From: a virus
Taxonomy: Duplodnaviria > Caudoviricetes
DNA: 64,000 bases
Reading direction: 5' to 3' (one strand)
Virus record (IMG/VR): IMGVR_UViG_3300038525_000015
Location: 1-64,000 of that record
Positions 35,961-44,825 of this stretch are shown here, in pieces. Below the pieces are notes generated by a model, which did no database searches, was not told the origin of the DNA, and was given only the letters and a program-made list of their open reading frames with translations. Positions within the stretch are counted from its first letter, which is position 1. Every line of letters begins with the position of its first letter. Position numbers and translations under genes: made by a program.

Positions 35961-36013
35961 ATTTCAGTTTGCTTAATTTTCTTCTTGACGGACGATTTCA
36001 GATTGCTTAATTT
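35961..36013 (+). promoter_or_regulatory. pL-like promoter with two operators
   Basis: TTGACG-N17-TAATTT (35985-36013); ATTTCAG-N3-GCTTAATT at 35961 and 35995. Confidence 0.7.
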
Positions 36014-36268
36014 TCACATCAACGCCGGCACACACCGGCAGGCCGAAAGGTCACGCACAGCTCTGGTGAAGACGCCAGATAGCAAGGGGGCAGCGAAATG
36101 CCTTCCCGGCCCCGAAGAGGGATCGACCGGATCTGGCAGACAGATAGTTCTTTGACATGCGTTGCGCCGCCCAAGAGGCCAGTAGCTGCGGGCGGCGAGC
36201 AAGACAGACGATTCCTCGGTGCGCCTCAAGCGGGGCGCATCAGGGGGAATCCACTGGAGGGAAACAGA

Positions 36269-36481
36269 ATGCAAATCGCGGTACTCAACTTCGACTGCAG
36301 CAAGCTCGACGCCACCCCGGCAAGCCGCACCCTGATGGGCGTTTCGGCTTACGACGCGGACGGCGCCACGGTGCTGGAGAACTTCAACATCGAGCAGATC
36401 GTTGACCACTTCGGCATCGACGACCTGCTGGACGAGATTGGCGAGGAGGTAGCTCGCCGCCACTTCGAAATCGAGGGGTGA
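36269..36481 (+). CDS. Small acidic early protein
   Basis: GGAGG RBS; 70 aa, 15 D/E versus 4 K/R. Confidence 0.6.
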   Translation: MQIAVLNFDCSKLDATPASRTLMGVSAYDADGATVLENFNIEQIVDHFGIDDLLDEIGEEVARRHFEIEG

Positions 36482-36484
36482 ACG

Positions 36485-36691
36485 ATGGCTAAGTTCGACA
36501 TCGATAGCCACATAAGCAACGGCAAGCGCATCGACTGGCTCGCCCTGCCGGATCAGGGCGAGTCTGTCACGGACACAGTCACCCAGGTGAAGCAGGCGGC
36601 AATGACCAAGTTCGGCATTGATGCCTTCCTGGCTCGCTGGTCGCACGTCGTGGCCAGCAATGGGTTCGTGACCGTGCAGATGCACACCTGA
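36485..36691 (+). CDS. Hypothetical early protein
   Basis: 68 aa, GAGGGG RBS. Confidence 0.6.
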   Translation: MAKFDIDSHISNGKRIDWLALPDQGESVTDTVTQVKQAAMTKFGIDAFLARWSHVVASNGFVTVQMHT

Positions 36692-36755
36692 CCGCTTCAC
36701 TGGATGCCCTTCTCACGAGGGGCATCTGGGAAGCCTTTCCACGGAAGACCCCGCC

Positions 36756-37127
36756 ATGACCGATTACATCGAACTCGCCGGCTGGCGTGTCCAGCTGGCC
36801 AACCGCCTGACTGCGAAGGAAGGCGAGGCCGTTGCGCTGGCCGCCGCCGGCAATACGGCGAAGGAGTCAGCGCGCGCCCTGGGAGTTTCTCAGGACACCG
36901 TCAAGGACCGCTGGCTCAATGCTCGCGACAAATTCGGCTACATCGGTAGCCTTCGCGAGCTACTGGTGCATATGGCCCTGAAAGGCCTCATCGCCCCGCT
37001 CTGCCTGATGCTCACCCTGGCTGGCCCGTTCCAGCAGCAGACCCAGCCGGTGCGCCGGCCGGAGGCGCCGCGCTCGGCGCAGATGGTGCGCGTGCAGCGA
37101 ATCGAATTCACCTATCTGGCCGCGTGA
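36756..37127 (+). CDS. LuxR-type HTH protein, copy 1
   Basis: LTAKEGEAVALAAAGNTAKESARALGVSQDTV, a GerE/LuxR HTH. Confidence 0.8.
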   Translation: MTDYIELAGWRVQLANRLTAKEGEAVALAAAGNTAKESARALGVSQDTVKDRWLNARDKFGYIGSLRELLVHMALKGLIAPLCLMLTLAGPFQQQTQPVRRPEAPRSAQMVRVQRIEFTYLAA

Positions 37128-37160
37128 GGCGGGGCCAGGCATCACTCAAGAGGAAAGGAC

Positions 37161-37421
37161 ATGCCTGAACATGCGAAATGCCGAGGATGCGGAAAGAAGC
37201 TCGGCGGCACGCCATACCATCTAGGCGGCCATGCGTACGATCCGGACACGGGCGAGGCTGTTAAGGCCTGCCACTACGGCGGATGGGTTTGCTCACGGGA
37301 GTGCGACGTTCGGGCCTGCGTTGAGCTTGAGGGGACCATGCCTGGGTGCAGAACAGTTAACCAGTTCGACCGGCTCAGCTGCTTTGCAAAAGACCGCATT
37401 CGAGATAACTGGCGCGACTAA
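37161..37421 (+). CDS. Cys-rich hypothetical protein
   Basis: CRGC, CHY..WVCSRECDVRAC; GAGG RBS. Confidence 0.6.
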   Translation: MPEHAKCRGCGKKLGGTPYHLGGHAYDPDTGEAVKACHYGGWVCSRECDVRACVELEGTMPGCRTVNQFDRLSCFAKDRIRDNWRD

Positions 37422-37486
37422 CCCGCCCACCCTGCCGGTAGCAGGCCCACACGCCAACCACACAAGAACAAGAGGCGAACCCCGCC

Positions 37487-37858
37487 ATGACCGAATACAT
37501 CGAGCTGGCCGGCTGGCGAGTTCAGCTCACCAACCGCCTGACCGCGAAAGAGGCCGAGGCCATTGCCCTGGCTGCGGCCGGCAAGACGGCGAAGGAAGCC
37601 GCCCGCACCCTGGGCGTATCCCCGGCCACGATCCAAGACCGCTGGCTGCATGCCCGCGACAAGCTTGGGTATCTCCCCAGCCTGCGCGATCTGCTGGTAC
37701 AGGCGGCACTGCGCGGGCTGATCGCCCCGCTCTGCCTGATGCTGGCCATGGCCGGCCCGATGCAGCAGCAGACCCAGCCGGTGCGCCGGCCGGAAGCGCC
37801 GAGGTCGGTGCAGATGGTCAGGGTGCAGCGGATCGAATTCACCTATCTGGCCGCGTGA
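37487..37858 (+). CDS. LuxR-type HTH protein, copy 2
   Basis: About 100 of 123 residues identical to copy 1 by manual alignment. Confidence 0.8.
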   Translation: MTEYIELAGWRVQLTNRLTAKEAEAIALAAAGKTAKEAARTLGVSPATIQDRWLHARDKLGYLPSLRDLLVQAALRGLIAPLCLMLAMAGPMQQQTQPVRRPEAPRSVQMVRVQRIEFTYLAA

Positions 37859-37890
37859 GGCGGATCAGGCATCACTCAAGAGGAAAGGAC

Positions 37891-38181
37891 ATGAGCGAAC
37901 AGCTGACGCTGGATGGCAAGCCGATCGAGAAGACCATAACCATGCACTGTTACTTGGTGGGTGATCACGATTACTACGCCGCTACCTCTGGCGACGAAGC
38001 AGAGCGCCTGCATCTTGATCTCCTCGGACTGGATGACGACGAGCGCGAAGAAGCGCAGCTGGTCATCGGCGAGCTTCTGGATAAACCATGGGTTGATGAA
38101 GACACCCGAGAGCCTTGCGGAACCCTTCGTCAATGGCTTGCCGAGGCTACTGAGCCTGGCTGGCTCGCTGGCACCGAGTGA
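37891..38181 (+). CDS. Small acidic hypothetical protein
   Basis: Same RBS block as 37161; D/E-rich 96 aa. Confidence 0.6.
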   Translation: MSEQLTLDGKPIEKTITMHCYLVGDHDYYAATSGDEAERLHLDLLGLDDDEREEAQLVIGELLDKPWVDEDTREPCGTLRQWLAEATEPGWLAGTE

Positions 38182-38382
38182 CCGCCCCGCGTGGCCGTTC
38201 GCCATGCTGCTGAGTTAGCGCCGGCATACACCACCGGCAGATCGTGGGGCCAACCATGGATCAAAGCGCTCGGCAGTGAATAAACGGCAAGCCAGGGCGG
38301 CCGGTGAATGCCGGCGACCCCTGTAACGCAGTAGCCGCGCTGCGGGCGAAAGAGCGGCCCGATTCACCCAGCAGGGCGGATC

Positions 38383-38518
38383 GGGAATGGATGAATGCGC
38401 AGGCTGATGCGCGGGGGCCTGTAACTGCCCATATGGCGGTCGCTCAAAAGTGGCTGAGGTGTAATGACTCAGGCTCTTGTTCCCAAAATGCCAGGATCAG
38501 CTCTGGCCATCCATTCCC
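38383..38518 (+). ncRNA. C4 antisense RNA-like element
   Basis: Perfect 11-bp closing stem GGGAATGGATG/CATCCATTCCC, 5' hairpin GCGCA-GGCTGA-TGCGC and 3' hairpin GCCAG-GATCAGCT-CTGGC, matching my recollection of the C4 RNA consensus. Confidence 0.6.
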
Positions 38519-38970
38519 GATGCGTCCTGCATCAATCCCAACCCCCGGAGACCACCATGCTCCTGATCATCCTGATCGGCGCAGCCCTTCGCCATGCGCG
38601 TCCCGAAAGCGCGCCTGACGCAAAGAAGGCTGACGCCGATGTGCTGCGGCATTGCCCGCCTTGCGAGCGATGTACCAGCGGGGTCGCAGTCGTTCGGGCG
38701 ACGGCCTCCCCGCCAAGAAACCCCGTACCTCGGGTGGATACCACGTCCGCTCACGCCTGGGGACGAACTGATGGAGCGATTCGGTCCGGTTGGCGCCCGG
38801 TTTAGGACTCAGCAGCCATTACGCACCAGTCCCTGGGCATGGACAGAAAAGGCCCGCCTCAACACCAATCCCCTCGCCTCCTTCCTGCTGGTCACTGGTC
38901 TCCATCAACGAAACCAGGGTCCGCGATAGCCAGTGCCCAGCAGAAAGGACGCGACCACGGAGGACACGCC

Positions 38971-40602
38971 ATGTCCATGTACGCAGCAATTGCCCGCAGC
39001 AGCCATTCGATGCGCCTGGCGCAGATTGCCCATGACAACGCCGATCCGCCGGAGGAAGTGACGCCCTGGCTGGAAACCACCGAGGGCGCCAACTGGCTGC
39101 ACGGCACGGCGCTGGATCTTCGCCACGGCCGCGACTTCAAGCTGGACGGCAAGGTGAAGGTTTCGGTTCGCGCCTTCCTGCTGGAGTTTGCGCCAGCCGC
39201 CTCCGAGCTGATGGCTGCAGATACCGACTTCGAGCTGGAGCAGGACCTGGCCGCCGGCCGCCCGCCGCGCACGGAGCGCTTCGAGAAGCTGGCCCAGGAG
39301 ATCGCCGAGCGCCTGGTTGCGCCGCACGCCGACGAGGCCGAACAAGAACTGCTGATGGAGATGTTCTAATGAGCAAGGAAGTGAAGCGGTACAACTTCGA
39401 CGTGGACAAATTCGGATCGCCGCGCGCGTACGAATCTGAACACGGCCGCTGGATGAAGCGCGCCGACTACGACGCCCTGCTCGCTGAGCGGGATGCTCTG
39501 GCAAAGGATGCGGAGCGGTATCGGTGGCTGCGCAATCCAGATCAAGACGTGGCCCTTGTGCTGGACAAGATGGTCAGCTCGGGGGTGTACGAATATCGCG
39601 CCGGTGATGAGCTTGACGCAGCTATCGACGCCGCAATGCAAGGAGATCAGCAATGACCACTCCCCTCATCCCCTCTTTGGTAGACGACCAGCTGGCCGAA
39701 CTGGACAGCTACGACACCCAGGAGGCAGTCGGCGAGACGCCCGAGGCCGCCATCCGTGCCGCCGAAGGACTTGGCCTGGATGGCTGGCCCCGCAGTGCCT
39801 CACGCGAAGATCGGGAGGGTCGGATGCTGTGGGTTCACCGGTACGAGCGGCCGGAGGTGCGCCGTGCCTGACAAAGAACGCGCCCGCACCCACTTCGAGG
39901 CCCGCGCCATCGTCTACGGCCTCGACATCGCCAAGTGCACCAACGGCCACGACTACGACAACGACGAGACCCAGCGCTACTGGCTGGGTTTCTGCTGGGC
40001 GCTCGGCCTGGCCTGAATTCAAGGAGTGCAAGATGGAGATCGACTGTAGCAAGGCGCCGGAAGGGGCGACGCACTGGGGGCCGGAAACGGATTGCCATTG
40101 TGAGTCATGGTACGAAGTGAAGGATGGCGCGATAGTCCGGTTCCTCCCGGCGGACGAGGCTGCGCAACCAATGCGCTATGCCGAGCATGGGCCGGCGTAC
40201 TACCACTCAGTAAGTGATTTGGTAGCTCTTCCGGCCGCATGGACCGGCGCCGGCCTGCCACCTGTTGGCGCAAAGGTAGTCCTCAGCGACGCAAACCACG
40301 ATGTCTTTGAGCCCTACAAGGAGATGATCGGCGTTGAGGTAGCGGTAGTCGCTTCGTTCGCATCCCCTGCCGGCTTTGACATGATCGCATGCGCGCTGCC
40401 TGACGGCCTGTGCGGCTGCTTCAGAGCCGACATGGCTCGCCCCATCCGCACGCCTGAGCAGATCGCGGCGGAAGAGCGGGAGCGCGCCATCGACGACCTG
40501 TGCGCTTCCATCGTAAGCCACTACGAAGCGCCGAAAATGTCCGAGCATTACCTCGGCCTGGCCAGGGCCCTGCATGACGCCGGCTACCGCAAGCAAGCCT
40601 GA
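38971..40602 (+). CDS. Cluster of five coupled early hypothetical ORFs (38971-39369, 39369-39656, 39653-39871, 39864-40016, 40033-40602)
   Basis: RBSs and overlapping start/stop junctions; DAERYRWLR motif in 39369-39656, KAPEGATHW motif in 40033-40602. Confidence 0.6.
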
Positions 40603-40667
40603 CCCCCCCTCCCTCTCAATTCACCGAATGCGCGGCGCCGTAGGGGTTGCTGCGCGTGGAGAAAAGC

Positions 40668-41441
40668 ATGACCGACCTTACCGCCGCTGCCCCGCAGCAG
40701 GGGTTCAGCCTCACCCCGAAATCCCTCGACGAGGCCATGCGCTTCGCTGACATCCTGGCTAAGTCCAGCATCGTGCCCAAGGACTTCTCCGGCAACCCCG
40801 GCAACATCCTGGTGGCCATCCAGTGGGGTCTGGAGCTGGGCCTGCAGCCCATGCAGGCGATGCAGAACATCGCGGTCATCAACGGCCGCCCTGCTCTCTG
40901 GGGCGACGCGGTAATCGCCCTGGTTCGCAGCTCCCCGCTGTGCGAGTACATCTACGAGACCGACGACGGCGAGACGGCCACCTGCCGGGTGAAGCGCCGT
41001 GGCGAAGAAGAGCAGGTCCGCACATTCAGCATGGCCGACGCGAAGGTCGCTGGCCTGCTGGGCAAGGCTGGCCCCTGGACGCAGCACCCCCGGCGCATGC
41101 GCCAGATGCGCGCCCGGGCCTTCGCCCTGCGCGACGTGTTCCCGGACGTGCTGCGCGGGATGCCGGTAGCCGAGGAAGTGCAGGACATGGTTCCGGCGGA
41201 GCGCGACATGGGCTCGGTACCGCGCACCACGCCGCAGCAAAATCAGCTCCCCGCAGCTCTGCCGGCTTACCCCGACGAGAAGCTGGCCGAGATGCTGCCG
41301 GCCTGGCAGGCCGCTATCGCGGAAGAGAAAACCACCCCCGAGCGGATCATCAAGATGGTGCAGTCGAAGCACGTCCTGACCGATGACCAGCGCCAGAAGA
41401 TCATGGACCTACAGCCGGCCCTGGAGGGCTCCGCACAATGA
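40668..41441 (+). CDS. recT: RecT-family single-strand annealing protein
   Basis: ELGLQPMQAMQNIAVINGRP, WTQHPRRMRQMRARAFALRDVFPD. Confidence 0.85.
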   Translation: MTDLTAAAPQQGFSLTPKSLDEAMRFADILAKSSIVPKDFSGNPGNILVAIQWGLELGLQPMQAMQNIAVINGRPALWGDAVIALVRSSPLCEYIYETDDGETATCRVKRRGEEEQVRTFSMADAKVAGLLGKAGPWTQHPRRMRQMRARAFALRDVFPDVLRGMPVAEEVQDMVPAERDMGSVPRTTPQQNQLPAALPAYPDEKLAEMLPAWQAAIAEEKTTPERIIKMVQSKHVLTDDQRQKIMDLQPALEGSAQ

Positions 41442-43000
41442 GCATGACCATTCATGACGTAGCCCAAGGCACCCCGGAGTGGCACGCCCTGCGCGCCGAT
41501 CACTTCACCGCCTCCGAGGCGCCCGCGATGATGGGCGCCTCGAAGTACCAAAGCCGGACCGAGCTGCTGCAGGCGAAGAAGTCCGGCCTGGTGCCGGAGG
41601 TGACCCCAGCCCAGCAGGCGCTGTTCGATCGCGGCCATGAAACCGAGGCCCTGGCCCGCCCCATCGTCGAAGAGACGCTGGGCGAGGACCTGTATCCGGT
41701 GGTTGGCACCAGCGGCAACCTGCTGGCCAGCCTCGACGGCCTGACCATGCTGGGCGACGTCATCTTCGAGCACAAGTTGTGGAATGAAGAGCTGGCCGCC
41801 CAGGTGCGCGCCGGCGAGCTGGATCCGCACTACTACTGGCAGCTTGAGCAGCAGCTGCTGGTCAGCGGCGCCGAGCGGGTGATCTTCGTGGTATCGGACG
41901 GCACCCGGGAGCGCTTCGCTCACATGGAATACCGCCCGGTGCCTGGCCGCGCCGAGCAGCTGGTGGCCGGCTGGAAGCAGTTCGAGCAGGATCTGGCCGC
42001 ATTCGAAGTGCGGGCGCCGGCCGAGCCTGCCGCCGTTGGCCGCGCACCCGACGCACTGCCGGCCCTGCGCATCGAAGTCACCGGCATGGTGACTGCCAGC
42101 AACCTTCAGGCCTTCCGTGATCACGCCATGGCTGTGCTGGGCGGCATCAAGACCGAGCTCGCCACCGATCAGGACTTCGCGGACGCCGACAAGACGGTCA
42201 AGTGGTGCAAGGACGTCGAAGATCGCCTGGCAGCGGCCAAGAGCCATGCCCTCAGCCAGACCGCCAGCATCGACGAGCTGTTCCGCACGCTCAACGCAAT
42301 CGCCGACGAGACTCGGGCCAAACGCCTGGAGCTCGACAAGCTTGTGAAGGCCCGCAAGGAAACCATCCGCCTGGATATCAAGGCCAAGGCGGAAGCCGCG
42401 CTGGCCGCGCATATCACCGAGCTGGAAAAGGGCCTGATGCCGGTTCGCCTGCCCCGCACCACTGCCGACATTGCCGGCGCCATGAAGGGCAAGAAGACCG
42501 TCGCCAGCCTGAAGGATGCTGCTGATACCGAGCTGGCCAAGGCCAAGATCGAGGCCGGCGCCATCGCCGAGCGGATCGCTACCAACCTGCGCACTGTCCG
42601 CGAGAAGGCGCCCGATCACGGCTTCCTGTTCAACGACCTGCAGGAGCTGGCCCAGAAGGATCCCGAGGCGGTGGCTGCCATCGTGGCCCAGCGCCTGGCC
42701 GACCACCAGCAGGCCGAGCAGCGCCGCCAAGATGTCGAGCGCGAGCGCATCCGGGCAGAGGAGCAGGCGAAGCTGGCCAAGCCGGCGCCCGCTCCGGTGA
42801 TGGACGACGAGCCGTTCGTCTCCCAGCTTTCGGAGCAGATCGGTCTGGCGCCGCGCCGTTCGGCTCCGGCGGAAACCATCACCATCACCCGCGCCGAGTA
42901 CGACCAGCTGCTGGCAGATCAGCGCCTGCTGCGCGCCCTGCAGGCTGCCGGCGTGGATAACTGGGATGGCTACAGCGAGGCGCTGCAGGAGGTCGCCTGA
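41438..43000 (+). CDS. YqaJ-like viral recombination exonuclease with coiled-coil tail
   Basis: GTPEWHALR..FTASEAP, ASLDG, FEHK, YYWQLEQQL. Confidence 0.88.
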   Translation: MSMTIHDVAQGTPEWHALRADHFTASEAPAMMGASKYQSRTELLQAKKSGLVPEVTPAQQALFDRGHETEALARPIVEETLGEDLYPVVGTSGNLLASLDGLTMLGDVIFEHKLWNEELAAQVRAGELDPHYYWQLEQQLLVSGAERVIFVVSDGTRERFAHMEYRPVPGRAEQLVAGWKQFEQDLAAFEVRAPAEPAAVGRAPDALPALRIEVTGMVTASNLQAFRDHAMAVLGGIKTELATDQDFADADKTVKWCKDVEDRLAAAKSHALSQTASIDELFRTLNAIADETRAKRLELDKLVKARKETIRLDIKAKAEAALAAHITELEKGLMPVRLPRTTADIAGAMKGKKTVASLKDAADTELAKAKIEAGAIAERIATNLRTVREKAPDHGFLFNDLQELAQKDPEAVAAIVAQRLADHQQAEQRRQDVERERIRAEEQAKLAKPAPAPVMDDEPFVSQLSEQIGLAPRRSAPAETITITRAEYDQLLADQRLLRALQAAGVDNWDGYSEALQEVA

Positions 43001-43338
43001 TGCACCTCTCCGCCTGGTACCGAGGCAAGCGCGTCACCGTGCCGGTTGAGGCGGTGACGCACTTCCTCGCCGACTGTAAGTACGTGGCCGCCCACCACCC
43101 TGGCGGCGTGCTGATCCTCACCGATTCGCTGACTCGACTGGAGCGAGAGCTGCCGGAGTTCATCCGTCTGCACCGTGGCGCCCTGGTGCGCCGCTCGCTG
43201 GTCACCGGCTTCCGCTCCCAGCGCATCAATGGCGATCGCCGTCTGATCGCCTTCGTCTCATTTCAGGCTGCGCCCATCACTGTTGGTCCCACCCGGGCCG
43301 ATCAGGTGGCGCAACTGGTCCTGCAGCGTGCCGCCTGA
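43000..43338 (+). CDS. Stand-alone LytTR DNA-binding domain protein
   Basis: SLTRLERELPEFIRLHRGALV. Confidence 0.75.
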   Translation: MHLSAWYRGKRVTVPVEAVTHFLADCKYVAAHHPGGVLILTDSLTRLERELPEFIRLHRGALVRRSLVTGFRSQRINGDRRLIAFVSFQAAPITVGPTRADQVAQLVLQRAA

Positions 43339-43367
43339 TGCGCGGCGCGCCTACTGGAGAACAACTA

Positions 43368-43745
43368 ATGCAAATCTGCACCATCACCCCTTCACAGCGT
43401 GAGGCCGACGCCGCTTGGCTGGCCGAGCGCATGGCCTCCTACACCGGAGCGATCCAACGCCTTCCGGGGTTCGAACGCGCCGCCCCGGCGCCCAGCCGGC
43501 CCAACTGGATAGACCCCGAAACCAAGCTGCGTCGCCGTCGCAACGTCTCGCCCGGCCGCAACCTGGCGCAGCGCATCAAGGCCCTGGCTCAGATCGAAAT
43601 CGACGGCGTGACGATCGCGCGCAGCGCTGCCGAGATTGCACGCCAGCTGCGTGCGGACGGCATGCGCATCACCTCGACCCAGGTTGAGATCACTGCTGCG
43701 CGCAACGGTATCGAGCTGCGGGAGCTGGGCCGTGCGGTTCGCTGA
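43368..43745 (+). CDS. Hypothetical protein with C-terminal HTH-like region
   Basis: GGAG RBS; SAAEIARQL motif. Confidence 0.5.
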   Translation: MQICTITPSQREADAAWLAERMASYTGAIQRLPGFERAAPAPSRPNWIDPETKLRRRRNVSPGRNLAQRIKALAQIEIDGVTIARSAAEIARQLRADGMRITSTQVEITAARNGIELRELGRAVR

Positions 43746-44020
43746 TCCGCTGGACGCGGTACGGCATGCGGCCTACCGCGCAACGGTTACCGGCCAGCCC
43801 TGGGGCGTCTACGACCTGGGCCGGCGCGTCATCACCGCCCTGCTCGGCCGGATCAGTGCTGAGCGCCTGCTGGAGACCTGCCATCCATGACGGCCATGAC
43901 ACAGAAGGAACGCAGCGCCAAGTCAGCCGCAAAGCGCGCTGCAGCCGGCGAGCGCGAGCTGCGCATCCGCGCGAGCTGGATAGCGGCGCGGCCTCGGTGG
44001 ACGATGAGTAGGGAGCGAGC

Positions 44021-44806
44021 ATGACCCGCAGCACATCCAACCCCTTCACGCAGCTCACCCTGCCGACGACCCTCTCTGATCTGATCGTGGCGCGAGAAAA
44101 GGCAGTCAGTCTTCACCGGCAGGCGCGCAAGCTGAACGAAGCAGCCGAGGATCTGCTCGGCCAGGTCGGCAGCTACCTGATGCCGTTCAGTGCGCAGTTC
44201 CGGGATTCCGATCTGCGCTCAGTTCGAGAGCTGGACGGCAATATGTGGCGACGCGCGTTCGACCTGACCGGTTTTCGCCAGTTGATGGATGCCGAGACGG
44301 TCTCTGAGTTTGAGCGAGGCCTCGCGCCAGAACCGCCAGAGTTCACTGAGGACAACATCCGGGCCACGTTCATCGACCTGCACCAGCGGGCCGGCGAGAT
44401 GTTCCGGCGCGGCGTGGTCAACGTGTTTCGCGGCCTGTCCGACGCCTACCGCACCAATGCCAACGAGCCGTTCCGCATCGGGCGCAAGGTCGTGATGGGC
44501 TACATGATTCAGCTCGGCTGGACGCGCGGCCTGCAGGTACGCCACGGGCCCGGGCAGGACAAGCTCAACGACATTGACCGCGTTATCAAGACACTGGACG
44601 GCAAGCAGTTCAAGGCGCGCGATCTTGAGGCGTCCATGAATGCGGCCTTCCAGGACTGCGCGGTTTTCGAGGACGCCTACTACCGGGCGCGCGCGTTCAA
44701 GAACGGCAACATGCACCTCGAATTCCTGCGACCAGACTTGCTAGACCTGCTCAACGAGCAGATTGCTGAGCATTACGGCGAAAGTGCCCTGGCGCATGCG
44801 GTGTGA
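44021..44806 (+). CDS. DUF4942-like protein
   Basis: PPEFTEDNIRATF, GVVNVFRGLS, FKNGNMHLEFLRPDL. Confidence 0.7.
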   Translation: MTRSTSNPFTQLTLPTTLSDLIVAREKAVSLHRQARKLNEAAEDLLGQVGSYLMPFSAQFRDSDLRSVRELDGNMWRRAFDLTGFRQLMDAETVSEFERGLAPEPPEFTEDNIRATFIDLHQRAGEMFRRGVVNVFRGLSDAYRTNANEPFRIGRKVVMGYMIQLGWTRGLQVRHGPGQDKLNDIDRVIKTLDGKQFKARDLEASMNAAFQDCAVFEDAYYRARAFKNGNMHLEFLRPDLLDLLNEQIAEHYGESALAHAV

Positions 44807-44825
44807 GCCGAATCCTGGAGAGGCC

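Noticed and set aside
38464-38805. 113-aa ORF overlapping the C4-like RNA
   Set aside because: The N-terminal part lies in the RNA structure; only the shorter frame from ATG about 38558 has an RBS, and its coding status is too uncertain to call.
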